Shown here in pieces: positions 9,558-19,947 of a stretch of 64,000 nt of DNA (its first letter is position 1; each line of letters opens with the position of its first letter). Origin of the DNA: an uncultured bacterium (GTDB lineage Bacteria > Zixibacteria > MSB-5A5 > UBA10806). The notes under the pieces are model-generated. The model was not told where the DNA came from, did no database searches, and saw only the letters and a program-made list of their open reading frames with translations. The position numbers and the translations under genes were made by a program. Where the stretch lies: NCBI GenBank assembly GCA_965541585.1, contig CBEUCH010000005.1:96001-160000 (forward strand), read 5' to 3'.

Positions 9558-10955
9558 TCAGACAGGTTCAGCGATCTCTTCGGAGACCTCTTTTTTGGTC
9601 TGGAGACCATATTTTTTTAGTTTCTCAAAGAGGGTAGTATAATCAATTTTTAAGATCTCGGCGCTTTTTTTCTTATTCCCCCTGCATTGCGATAAGACTC
9701 TCTTTATCAATGATTTTTCGGCCTCGGCCTGAGCGTGGGCGGCAACCTCCTTCAAGCCGGCTCCTTCCCTTATCCTGATTTCAGCCGTCGTCGCCAGACG
9801 GATGGCCAGATGATCCGGGGTGATGGTCTTTGCCTCACAGAGTATTATAGCCCGCTCGACGGTGTTTTCCAGCTCTCTGACGTTCCCTGGCCAGTGATAT
9901 TTGTCCATCAAAGCCAATGAATCGACCGAGAGTCTCTTTTTACTTTTGTTCATTTCGGTACAGAACCGCTCCACGAAATAATTCGCGAGCGCGGGAATAT
10001 CCTCACGTCGATCTCTCAACGGCGGAATCGTTATTGGAAAAACCGAAAGGCGATAAAAGAGATCCTCACGGAATCTCTTTTTTTGAATGGCTTCCTTAAG
10101 ATCTATATTGGTGGCCGCTATCACCCGTACATTGACCTTAATGGTCTTTGTCCCGCCGAGCCTTTCGAATCGCTTTTCCTGCAGGACGCGGAGGAGCTTG
10201 GCCTGTAACGAGACGTCCATATCTGAAATTTCGTCTAAGAATACGGTACCGCTCTCGGCAATCTCGAATTTACCCATCTTGCGGGCCGTACTGGAGGTGA
10301 AAGCGCCCCTCTCCGAACCGAATAGCTCGTTCTCCAGCAACTCCCGGGGTATGGCCGCACAGTTGATCGGCATAAACGGCCCATCTTTCCTCGGCGATAG
10401 ATAATGGATGGCTCGCGCAAAGAGCTCCTTGCCGGTGCCGGACTCGCCAAGCAAAAGTACGCTCGTACTCGATGCAGCAACCTTCTGAACCAGTTCAGTG
10501 GCGTCCTTCATCCTGCCCGATTTGCCTATTATCTCGGTCAGACTCAGATTTTGCGCCAGTTCCTCCCGCAGGAGGATATTCTCAGCCTTCAGGCGCCTGT
10601 TTTCGAGTGCCCGTTTTATGAGAAGTGTTAAACGGTCTGTATCGAACGGCTTGGTAAGGAAATCAAATGCCCCTATCTTCATAGCCTGAACCGCCGATTC
10701 AACGGTGCCGAATGCCGTCATGACTATGACAGAGGCCTCGGGATCGGCCTCCTTTACCTCCGAGAGGACTTTTATACCATCGGCGCCGGGCAGCTTGAGA
10801 TCAGTGAGAACCAGATCGTAGCGCTTATCCCTGGCCTTATTTATGCCTTCCTGCCCATCGGATGCGACATCAACCTCATAACCCTCTTCCGTCAGGGTAG
10901 CAGAGAGCATCTGCTGTAGGGCACCCTTGTCTTCAACTACCAGAATAGAAGCCAA
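9558..10955 (-). CDS. Sigma-54-dependent response regulator (NtrC/AtoC/ZraR family)
   Basis: REC domain, GESGTGKE, GAFTS variant of GAFTGA, FREDLFYRL, WPGNVREL, Fis-type HTH. Confidence 0.93.
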   Translation of the reverse strand: MASILVVEDKGALQQMLSATLTEEGYEVDVASDGQEGINKARDKRYDLVLTDLKLPGADGIKVLSEVKEADPEASVIVMTAFGTVESAVQAMKIGAFDFLTKPFDTDRLTLLIKRALENRRLKAENILLREELAQNLSLTEIIGKSGRMKDATELVQKVAASSTSVLLLGESGTGKELFARAIHYLSPRKDGPFMPINCAAIPRELLENELFGSERGAFTSSTARKMGKFEIAESGTVFLDEISDMDVSLQAKLLRVLQEKRFERLGGTKTIKVNVRVIAATNIDLKEAIQKKRFREDLFYRLSVFPITIPPLRDRREDIPALANYFVERFCTEMNKSKKRLSVDSLALMDKYHWPGNVRELENTVERAIILCEAKTITPDHLAIRLATTAEIRIREGAGLKEVAAHAQAEAEKSLIKRVLSQCRGNKKKSAEILKIDYTTLFEKLKKYGLQTKKEVSEEIAEPV

Positions 10956-11012
10956 ACCACTCTCCTTAAAATAATGCTGTTCATATTGGATATCGGCAGA
11001 ATGCGAAGGCTC

Positions 11013-11687
11013 TTAAGGCTGGCAGGTCCTGCAGGATGATAAGCCTATATCCAGTGGTTCCCCCCGCGTTTTAAACCGTCTGGCGCGAGAAAGATCGGTG
11101 GTTTTTATATTAGGACAGAGAGGTCTGTGAAAACGAAATGACCCGAAAGGACTTATATAGTGATCCTCGGGTGTCGGATCCGGCAAAGACCATATTCCGA
11201 CTTTCGATAATCTGGCATCCCTCTGTGCCAGAATCAGTTGCCCTGCAATCCTTTGATTCTTTTCAAACAGGTACACCGAGGCGAAACCCGAGTCGATCAC
11301 AAGTTTGTTGTAAAGAATCGAATCAACGTACAGGTAAACTAATCGGCGACCATAACGATCAACAGGCTCCGTATCATATTCAATCCGGACCTCTTCTCCC
11401 AGCAGCATCGATTCGGCGAAAACCCTCGCCCCCTTGAAAAACGGCCGTCCCTCCTCCGGCGTGTCAACGCCTATTAATCTGATCTGACCGCCGTCTGAAA
11501 GGAGAAACGTATCTCCGTCCAGAACCTGCTCGACAATTATCGCAGGCCTCACTCTTCCCTCAGTCAATTCGCGGTCATCCCGGCCTTTTCGTCCCCTTTC
11601 CTTGGTTGGAAGCAATAGCAGGATTATCGACAGTGCGACAAGAACGGCTGCCAGCCAGAGCCACCTTTTTGAAGATCTCTCTGTCAT
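11013..11687 (-). CDS. Membrane-anchored thermonuclease (SNase) with C-terminal Ada-like metal-binding domain
   Basis: VLDGDT, IRLIGVDTPE, DRYGR; tail FHRPLC...CRTCQP. Confidence 0.88.
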   Translation of the reverse strand: MTERSSKRWLWLAAVLVALSIILLLLPTKERGRKGRDDRELTEGRVRPAIIVEQVLDGDTFLLSDGGQIRLIGVDTPEEGRPFFKGARVFAESMLLGEEVRIEYDTEPVDRYGRRLVYLYVDSILYNKLVIDSGFASVYLFEKNQRIAGQLILAQRDARLSKVGIWSLPDPTPEDHYISPFGSFRFHRPLCPNIKTTDLSRARRFKTRGEPLDIGLSSCRTCQP

Positions 11688-12025
11688 TCTAATTCTCCTT
11701 TAATCTCTATATTACCGCCACCCACCGGCCAATTCTCTGTGCGATGACTCGTCCTATCGATCTGCAGGAATCTGCAGGGTTTTCTCCTGCGGAGGAAATG
11801 CTCGAGGTGAATGATCTAATTTACTCTGACCGATTCTGCGCGTTTATAATTCCAACGGAGCCGTCAAGCCCCTGAACGGCTCAAAATAGGATTGAATCCC
11901 GGCTTTATCCTTGATTGATCGATGAGAACAACACCCTGAAATCGCACTGATTCGCTGAATTCTGATTCGTTTTAGAAATAAAAGATGATTCTCTCATGGC
12001 CTGCTATATATATCTTTTGAGTTTT

Positions 12026-13063
12026 TCAAAAATCCCGCTCGACAACGAAATCCACCAGTTCGACTATTACCGATTTCCATTCATCGTCAATAGAGCCGTC
12101 GAGAGAATCCATAAACGTCGCCCGGGCATTCATGGCGAGCTTCTGCGATACCTCGATCGCATACTTTATAGACCCATATTTTCTCATCAGCAATAAGATA
12201 TCATCGATCATTCGAATGTTTTTATCGTCTCTATCTCTATCGAGGGAGTCTATTATATAACGTTTTTCATCACCGGTGCATTTGCCCAGGAGGCTGATCA
12301 AAATCAAGGTTCTTTTCCCCTCCAGAATATCTCCACCGATCTCCTTACCGTATTTTTCTTTGTCGCCGATGAGGTTTAAGACATCATCTTGAATCTGGAA
12401 TGCCACTCCAAGATCCATCCCGAATTTCACTATCGTTTCCCTTACATTCCCCGGCGCGCCTGCAATAAAGCATCCTGTCCAGGACGGCGTGATACAGGTA
12501 TACCAGGCGGTTTTGCGCCGACACATATCAAAATAATCATCTTGGCTGATATCCCAGCGGTGATTCTTCGCCCAGGCGAGTTCTATATGCTGTCCGGAGG
12601 TCGTCTGCGAATACATGTACAAGAACTCTTCGAATATGGACAGGGCTTTTTCGGCTCCAAGTATGTCCTTATTCTTAAGTATTAATTCCCACATTTTACC
12701 CGCCAGCGCGTCGCCGGCGTTCAGCGCCAGAGGAATGCCATATTTCACGTGAAGAGCCGGAAGCCCTCGCCTCAGGTCGGATTGATCCTCTATATCGTCG
12801 TGAATAACAATCCAGTTCTGAAATAGCTCCATCGCCGCTGCTGTGTTCAGAGCAATCTCGTCACTACCGCCAAAAGCGCGATTAAATATCAGTAGAAGCC
12901 CCGGTCGTAATCCCTTTCCGGATCGGGACGGATAATCGCGCATCATGGTATACAGAAGGTCGATCTCGGGAGTCTCATGAGTGGATGGCACTTCCTCGAA
13001 GATGTATTCATCCACTCGATTCTTGAAGGATTTCAATAGATCAAGAACCCCGGGAGCATTCAT
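12026..13063 (-). CDS. Polyprenyl (geranylgeranyl-type) diphosphate synthase
   Basis: GKGLRP, HDDIED..RRG, GQ, KT, FQIQDD, EGK motifs. Confidence 0.92.
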   Translation of the reverse strand: MNAPGVLDLLKSFKNRVDEYIFEEVPSTHETPEIDLLYTMMRDYPSRSGKGLRPGLLLIFNRAFGGSDEIALNTAAAMELFQNWIVIHDDIEDQSDLRRGLPALHVKYGIPLALNAGDALAGKMWELILKNKDILGAEKALSIFEEFLYMYSQTTSGQHIELAWAKNHRWDISQDDYFDMCRRKTAWYTCITPSWTGCFIAGAPGNVRETIVKFGMDLGVAFQIQDDVLNLIGDKEKYGKEIGGDILEGKRTLILISLLGKCTGDEKRYIIDSLDRDRDDKNIRMIDDILLLMRKYGSIKYAIEVSQKLAMNARATFMDSLDGSIDDEWKSVIVELVDFVVERDF

Positions 13064-13112
13064 AACTTATGTTAATAAATGAAATACTTTTTTTAAGTCA
13101 ACTCATTATTGT

Positions 13113-15245
13113 TCAGGGAACTGAAAGGTTCTGCTTTCGCTTTGATACCACCGAGTTAATTGTTTCCTCAAATTCCTCCATACTGAACGGTTTGGATAAA
13201 ACGGCATCGACCCGTTGTAAGGCTTCTTCTCCATCGAGTTGCGCCCCCCATCCTGAAATCAGAATGACGGGCATACTGGGATATTTATTTCGGCAGAATT
13301 GGGCTACCTCCCATCCTCCAACCTCGGGCATGCCGAGATCAGTGACAACCAGATCAAATTTCTCTTTCTCTAATATTTCGAGCGCCACCCGACCGCCGTC
13401 AGCTTTGCGGCAGCTGTGCTCCATGTAATCTATCATGTCTCCAACCACGTCAAGCAAGGGCACCTCATCATCAACCAGCAAGATTTTGAGATCGGATGGT
13501 TTGGCTGAGGTCTCATCAACATGTTGATCTAGCTCCGTTTCGTCCGCCGGACTGAATTTGAAAGTGAATTCAGCGCCCTCACCGGGCGATGATTTTACCG
13601 AAATATCAACCTGGCTGCGGAACATAATACCGTAAACCATGGACAGTCCCATCCCCGAACCTTTCTTGCCCCTTGTAGAGAAGAATGGGAAAAACATCTT
13701 GTTCTTGGTGTTTTCATCCATTCCAACCCCATCATCAGCTATTCGCAAGAAAACATCTCCGTCCGACACGCGGGTAGTTATCCAGATATTTCCACCTTCA
13801 GGAAGGGCGTCCACGGAGTTCAGTATCACATTCGAAACCGCCTCTCTCAACTCGTCATGGCTCCCCTTAACCATCGGGATCGATTTCAGATCGGATTGGA
13901 GATTGATAGTAATCCCCGCTCTCTGGGCTGTACTTTTCCAGGCCGGACTGGTATTCTCAATCGCCTCTCGGATCACCTTATTCAAATCGGCCTTCGCGTC
14001 TTGTGATCTGCGTGAAAGGTGAGTGAAATCCTGAAGCCTGAGGACCGTAGTCCTGCCCTCGAGTGTAGCGACCTCTATCGTCTCCAGTTCCCGTCTTAAT
14101 CCGGGGTCATCAATCCTCTTCTGAAGCAGTTGCACGCGACCCAGAATGGTTCCCAGGATATTATTGAAATCGTGGGCCACTCCGCCCGCCATATCGCCAA
14201 GTACTTTTAGCCTTTCGGCCATGATGAGACGGTCCTGTGTTGACCGCAACTCTTCATAGGCTTTTTCGAGTTTTTCGTAAAGCTTGGCGTTTTCGATGGC
14301 GTCGGCCGTCTGTCGAGCGAAGATCGTGAGAATTTCAAGATCTTCCTGAACGAAAATCTTGCCAACGTTATTCCGCAGGGTTATTACTCCTATCACGTCG
14401 CCGGACCATGTGAGTGGAACGCTTATTATGGATTCCGGCTCTACCGGCGTCCCCGGGACCTGAATGGATCGTGGATCGCTCTCGGATTGATTCGAGATCA
14501 TACCGACACCTGTCTGCGCCACACAACCGGTCAATCCCTGGCCCGGCCTGAGACGCATGGAGTTGATGGCATCCACATGCGATTCATCGATAGTCAGAAG
14601 GGGGATCAGGACATTTTCTTCTTTTTCGAGAATGAAAATCGTCCCGCCGGTGGCCCCGACGATCTCCATAGATAGTTTTACCGCTTTTTGAAGAACCTCT
14701 TTATAATTCAGGGATGAATATATGTGAGTGGAGAGATCCAGAAGCGCCGCCAGCTTCTCGCCCTGCTCTTTTGATCTTATTTCGCTCATCGATGCTGAGA
14801 GTGAAAGAGCAATCTGTTCGCCTATGAGCTCCGCCCGTGAGATATATTCCTGAGAGTCGGATATCCTCTCCTTCCATCCCCAGATAGCGTATCCGAATCC
14901 TATGTCCTCTATGAAGAAAGGCGAAATAATAATAGATTGGGTGTCGAACATGCTCATCAGCTTTTCTATAATTCGATCATTATTGCCCTGCTTGAAGAAG
15001 GTAGGCCCGGAAATAGACCGCATGGCGATCCAGTTATCCGGGTCTATTCCGCGCAATTCGTAATATACTCCGGACGTATCATCAATACAGCTCTCGTTCT
15101 CTACGTGCAGGTCAAAATGACGATGATCAACGTCCATCAGCAGAACCACAAATACATCGGCATCGAGAACCCTCTTCGCCCTGCTGGATGTAACCTTGAA
15201 AAGCGGTCCCGCGGCATTGAATCGTGTGGAGTCAAACCTGCTCAA
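13113..15245 (-). CDS. Hybrid histidine kinase (GAF-HisKA-HATPase-REC)
   Basis: AHDFNN H-box, NSVDA, DDGVGM, GMGL; C-terminal receiver. Confidence 0.92.
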   Translation of the reverse strand: MSRFDSTRFNAAGPLFKVTSSRAKRVLDADVFVVLLMDVDHRHFDLHVENESCIDDTSGVYYELRGIDPDNWIAMRSISGPTFFKQGNNDRIIEKLMSMFDTQSIIISPFFIEDIGFGYAIWGWKERISDSQEYISRAELIGEQIALSLSASMSEIRSKEQGEKLAALLDLSTHIYSSLNYKEVLQKAVKLSMEIVGATGGTIFILEKEENVLIPLLTIDESHVDAINSMRLRPGQGLTGCVAQTGVGMISNQSESDPRSIQVPGTPVEPESIISVPLTWSGDVIGVITLRNNVGKIFVQEDLEILTIFARQTADAIENAKLYEKLEKAYEELRSTQDRLIMAERLKVLGDMAGGVAHDFNNILGTILGRVQLLQKRIDDPGLRRELETIEVATLEGRTTVLRLQDFTHLSRRSQDAKADLNKVIREAIENTSPAWKSTAQRAGITINLQSDLKSIPMVKGSHDELREAVSNVILNSVDALPEGGNIWITTRVSDGDVFLRIADDGVGMDENTKNKMFFPFFSTRGKKGSGMGLSMVYGIMFRSQVDISVKSSPGEGAEFTFKFSPADETELDQHVDETSAKPSDLKILLVDDEVPLLDVVGDMIDYMEHSCRKADGGRVALEILEKEKFDLVVTDLGMPEVGGWEVAQFCRNKYPSMPVILISGWGAQLDGEEALQRVDAVLSKPFSMEEFEETINSVVSKRKQNLSVP

Positions 15246-18200
15246 TCAGCACCTCGTCTCTGCCACATTTGAGGACATCGCTTAGAATCTGCAGAATTTC
15301 GTTAATCTTGAACGGCTTTTTGATAAGGCCGTTGACGTGATGCGCAGAGAGATTCCCCGGCTCAACCTGCGCACCCCAGCCTGTGGCGACAACAACTTTC
15401 ATATCGCGGTATGTTTCGTAAACGGCATCTGCCAGATCCCAGCCAGAAATACCGTCCATGCCAAGATCGGTGATCAGCAGATCATACCTTTTCCTGGCCA
15501 TAACCTCCAGAGCTGCGGCCCCGCTGGCAACGGCTTCGACCTGATAACCGGTCGATTCGAGAATCTCGGTCAGGACTTCCACCAAACCCTCCTCGTCATC
15601 AACGATCAGAATTGAGCTATTAGCAGTCTGGTCATTATCATCTTGAAGCATCATTGGTTTCTCCGGCGAATCGCTGCGGCGTGGAATAGTTATGGTGATT
15701 GTGGTACCCCGGCCCGCGGAGGATTCCACATCGATCTTGCCACCATGACGGTTGACTATCCCATAGGTTACCGACAATCCCAATCCTGTACCGTGTTCAC
15801 CCTTGGTGGTGAAAAACGGCTCAAATATCTTCTTCTTCGTCTCATCCGACATCCCCTGACCGTTGTCCTCCACAACAATCCTGATAAGATTCTCATTCTC
15901 TATCGACGCATCTATCGAGATTTTGCCCTCCTGCGGAATCGCATCAACGGCATTGATGATGAGATTCGTGAAAACCTCCCTGAGTTCGGATGGACTACCG
16001 GTCGTTTGTAAGGATCCGCTGCGATGAAATTCTACGGCGATTTTCTTCCCCGATGCCCGCGCATGATCGTGCCACCGGGGCCTCGTCAATTCGATGACGT
16101 CGGCTATAATCTGGTCTATAAAGAGGTCTACAAACTTTTCAGTCGGCTTCTTCTTCGTGAACTCGCTTATACGTGACAATATATGTGAGCCGTCCATGGC
16201 CGCTTTTTCGATAACATCGAGGTTCTTACCAAAGGATTTCTTATAGGGATGATCCTCTGCGGTGTCCATCTTCCTTATCATCAACTGGACTCTTCCCAGA
16301 ATGGCGGCCAATATATTATTAAAATCATGAACCACGCCGGATGACATTTCACCCAGCGCCCTCAACTTCTCCGTTTGCACCATACGTTCCTGGGCATCCT
16401 GCAATTGCCTGTAAGCGGTTTTCAGTTGTTTATATAAATGAGCGTTTTGCCAGGCGATCCTCAGATGTACCGCCAGATCGTTCAATAAAGAAAGCTCCTG
16501 TGGAGTGAAACCGTCGCTCCGCGAGCCCCCTACGGTGAGAATGGCCTCCGATTTATCATTATTGCCAATCGGCAACAGCGCCAGATGTCGGATTCCAGCA
16601 TCTACAACGGGCTGTAACTTCTCGGGTCCGCCCAATCCTGTTAGTTCCTTAAAGGAAACAAATTCCGGTTTGCCGCTTGAGAAGACCTGGTGCAACTTAT
16701 CGCTGAGAATTTCTAAAACCGGGCCAGGAAAAATGTCCCCCAGCGATCTCGGCGAATAACCTGCCTTGCAGGAAAATGTATCGCCGTCGGGCACAACGAG
16801 AAGCGTCCATTTATATCCGGCGTTATCCGCAACCGCTTTAGCGACAACGTTGAAAAAGCTATCGAGATCGAGGGCAGCTGAAATGGCCGTATTGATCTTA
16901 TCTATTAGTCCGAGTCGCTCCGCTTTCTCCATAGTCTCCTTGAATAGATATGAATTGTCAATCGCCACGGCCAGAATATCCGCGAGTGTTTCTAAAATGT
17001 TGATATCGTCCGCTGCGAAATTATCAGCATACATTGATTCCACGTCCAGAACGCCCAGCACGTTGTCGGCTGCGATTATCGGAATACAGACCTCGCTTCG
17101 GACTTCATCAATGGCAAGTATATAATTGGGGTCGGTTCTCACATCGGCACAATAGAGGGTCTTCCTGGCACCTACGGCCCTCCCGAGAAGGCCATTATCC
17201 AGATCCACTGTAAAATCGGACGGCACCTTCTTCTCAGTTGCCGCCGCCTGCTGGGCCACAAAAAACCGTCCGCAATCATTATCAATCAAGAATATCGCTA
17301 CCAGATGATAGCCAAACGCCGCCTGAATCGAGTCGACGGCGAGTTTCAGAACTTCCTGAAGATTCAAAGATTCGGACGTTTTTCTGGAGAATTCAAATAT
17401 AGTCTTGAGCCTATGGCTGCGTTTCCGTTCCTGCTCGAAAAGCCTTGCCTTTTCCATGGCCACGGCGATCTGGGCCGCCAACGACTGAAGAAAATCCTCG
17501 TCGCGACTTGAAAAATTATTCCTGGCTTCTGAACCGACGCTGAATACGCCAATTACCTTCTCACCGATCTTTATGGGAACCGCCAGTTCCGATAACGTCT
17601 CCGGAAAAGACGATTTTAAATGCGAATCGAGACGAGTGTCATCGATGATTACTGCCTCTCCCGTGGATGCAGCCAATCCTGGAATGGTATCGCTTTTTAC
17701 AGGCAATCCGCTTTCGGTCCCGGCAACCGGATTCAACCCTCTAAAAGACAGTGGCTTGAGAGTCCTCTTCCCTTCATCGACTCCAAAAATCACTGAGGAG
17801 GTATTGTCGAGAAAGTCGCCCGTGGCCTCCAGAACCTTGGCTAACATGGAATCCACATCGATTTCCGAGTTGATCGCTGCACTGACATTAAAGGAAGCCG
17901 TCAATTGATCTACTTTTTGCCTTATAAACCCGTACAGGCGCGCATTTTCAATAGCTGACGCAGCCTGCGAGGCTAAGGCCTGAATGAAGTTCAACTCCTC
18001 ACTGCTTGTGGCGCCGCGAGCTCCCGATCGCTCCTCGCCCAGTATTATGGAGCCTATGAATTTCGCCGAATGGGAGATGGGAAGTATGGTAAGACTTTTG
18101 ATCGTATCGGTGCAGAAGAATGCTCTCTCTTCAGATGAGAGTTCAGCGATATCTTGCGATCCCAGGACGGTGGCCCGCTTGGTGCGAATAACTTCGGCCA

Positions 18201-19947
18201 AACGAGGAAATTCCGCTAAATTAATTCTGGAAACATCGGGGGCATGAACTCCCTCTCGCCTCCTGCTATAAAACGAGGCCAGTTCTGTATCACCACTTTC
18301 GTTAATATTCAATAGTATCATGCAATAAGTAGCACCCGCATAATCGGTCAACCGGTGAGCTACAATCGACAGGACCGATGGCAGATCGAGAGTAGACGAT
18401 ATTGCTACCGATATTTCCTGCAGAATACCGCTTCCTTCTGAGCGGGTGCGCTTTTCCTTCTCGAGCAGGGCGCCGTAGGCAAGGATTGCCAGCAACTCCA
18501 GAGACAGACCGCTGAGGCTTTCCAGAAATCGATCGCTGGACTCCTCTTCAGTAGAAGCCAATACTAATGTGGCAACATCCTGCGCCTTAAATCTGAGGGG
18601 GAAGGCATAGATGCTTCTATAGATCGAAGAAATACCCGCTATGTTTTTTTCCGCAGATTGCCCCAGAAAATCCCCGAGGCTCACCCCGGATCCCTGCTTC
18701 TGGGCAGCTTTGAGGAGCCCTGAGCCTTTCGGGTTATTCGTCAGCGTATGAATCAATTCCTTATTCACATTGTATTTGCCAAGCAAAATAGACGAGCCGT
18801 CTGACGGTTCAGGCGCCAGCACAATCCCTCCGCAACCCGGGATGCCCCGCAGAAGCACCTCTAATATCTCATTGAGAGACCTCCCCTCGAAGCCTTTCTC
18901 CTCAATCACTTCCAGCGTCATGCCTATCTGCTCGAGGTTTTTCCTGAGATTCACCCTGTCAGCCACGTTATCCTCGGCGAGATTGAATAATTCCGCCATT
19001 TCCGGCATATACTTTTCAACGATCTGTTGGTCGCGGCGGAAAATCTCAACGCCGGATTTTTCTTTTTTAAGCAATCTGCATAACGCATCGGAATGATTGG
19101 AAAAGGACTCGAAATACCTGACGAGCAAATAGCCGAATATTAATATGCCCAGAAGAGGTAAAAAGACCAATACTGTTACCTCCCACCTCCAGATGTCCAG
19201 GTATACAGAAGATCGGGGAGCTTTTTTGATATCTACCAGGCCGACCTCGGTATTATCGGAGGTGATCAATGGTATGGAGAATGTGGACTCTGATTCGGTT
19301 CTAGTCAGGCCTGCGCCGGCTGAGCTATATAGTTCTATATCGACAATTCGTTTATCCTGATCCAGAACCTCATAGATGTATTCTCTGGGAAAGGCCAATA
19401 TCAAATAGCCCATATCGTCCCTTCTGCCCGTCAGATGTTTGAGATCACCATAAATCAACGTATATAACCTGTTTCTATAGAGGATCTGACTTGAATTGCT
19501 CCCGGAATTTTCGAATCTTCGAAATTCCTCCGGAATCAGAGCTTCGATACGATTATGGTTATATGAGTATATCCTTCCGCTCTCATCCTGATACCAGATT
19601 CGCGTCTTATCGAGGCCGGCTCGGCTCAATCCGCTGCCGATGTATGAAATTGCCTCCGAATAGCCTGATCCGGCCTCAATCCTGTCGGAAAAGGCCGAGG
19701 CGAGATCGTTGATGATACTATCCGCATATATCGCGGCAAGCTCGTCCAGCCCCTCAAGATATTGTACCGTTTCTTTCCTCGATTGATCTTCAATCCTCTC
19801 CAGGACTGACATACCGTATTGCAGAAACGTTACAATCGAGGTGGCCGCAATTATAAAACCAACAATGATAACCTTTTTGAAAAGGGTCTTGTGCGATCGT
19901 ATGATCTTCATAAATATCTGCGGGAGGCTGCTACCTGTTTCCGGCAT
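15232..19947 (-). CDS. Large membrane-bound multi-GAF hybrid histidine kinase
   Basis: Two TM segments, several GAF domains, VHDFNN H-box, NAVDA/DNGQGM/GTGLGL, receiver. Confidence 0.92.
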   Translation of the reverse strand: MPETGSSLPQIFMKIIRSHKTLFKKVIIVGFIIAATSIVTFLQYGMSVLERIEDQSRKETVQYLEGLDELAAIYADSIINDLASAFSDRIEAGSGYSEAISYIGSGLSRAGLDKTRIWYQDESGRIYSYNHNRIEALIPEEFRRFENSGSNSSQILYRNRLYTLIYGDLKHLTGRRDDMGYLILAFPREYIYEVLDQDKRIVDIELYSSAGAGLTRTESESTFSIPLITSDNTEVGLVDIKKAPRSSVYLDIWRWEVTVLVFLPLLGILIFGYLLVRYFESFSNHSDALCRLLKKEKSGVEIFRRDQQIVEKYMPEMAELFNLAEDNVADRVNLRKNLEQIGMTLEVIEEKGFEGRSLNEILEVLLRGIPGCGGIVLAPEPSDGSSILLGKYNVNKELIHTLTNNPKGSGLLKAAQKQGSGVSLGDFLGQSAEKNIAGISSIYRSIYAFPLRFKAQDVATLVLASTEEESSDRFLESLSGLSLELLAILAYGALLEKEKRTRSEGSGILQEISVAISSTLDLPSVLSIVAHRLTDYAGATYCMILLNINESGDTELASFYSRRREGVHAPDVSRINLAEFPRLAEVIRTKRATVLGSQDIAELSSEERAFFCTDTIKSLTILPISHSAKFIGSIILGEERSGARGATSSEELNFIQALASQAASAIENARLYGFIRQKVDQLTASFNVSAAINSEIDVDSMLAKVLEATGDFLDNTSSVIFGVDEGKRTLKPLSFRGLNPVAGTESGLPVKSDTIPGLAASTGEAVIIDDTRLDSHLKSSFPETLSELAVPIKIGEKVIGVFSVGSEARNNFSSRDEDFLQSLAAQIAVAMEKARLFEQERKRSHRLKTIFEFSRKTSESLNLQEVLKLAVDSIQAAFGYHLVAIFLIDNDCGRFFVAQQAAATEKKVPSDFTVDLDNGLLGRAVGARKTLYCADVRTDPNYILAIDEVRSEVCIPIIAADNVLGVLDVESMYADNFAADDINILETLADILAVAIDNSYLFKETMEKAERLGLIDKINTAISAALDLDSFFNVVAKAVADNAGYKWTLLVVPDGDTFSCKAGYSPRSLGDIFPGPVLEILSDKLHQVFSSGKPEFVSFKELTGLGGPEKLQPVVDAGIRHLALLPIGNNDKSEAILTVGGSRSDGFTPQELSLLNDLAVHLRIAWQNAHLYKQLKTAYRQLQDAQERMVQTEKLRALGEMSSGVVHDFNNILAAILGRVQLMIRKMDTAEDHPYKKSFGKNLDVIEKAAMDGSHILSRISEFTKKKPTEKFVDLFIDQIIADVIELTRPRWHDHARASGKKIAVEFHRSGSLQTTGSPSELREVFTNLIINAVDAIPQEGKISIDASIENENLIRIVVEDNGQGMSDETKKKIFEPFFTTKGEHGTGLGLSVTYGIVNRHGGKIDVESSAGRGTTITITIPRRSDSPEKPMMLQDDNDQTANSSILIVDDEEGLVEVLTEILESTGYQVEAVASGAAALEVMARKRYDLLITDLGMDGISGWDLADAVYETYRDMKVVVATGWGAQVEPGNLSAHHVNGLIKKPFKINEILQILSDVLKCGRDEVLIEQV

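Noticed and set aside
11700..12020. Possible ncRNA or small ORF in the intergenic gap
   Set aside because: Only a short hairpin (GAGCCGT/ACGGCTC) and a weak 30-codon ORF; nothing supportable.
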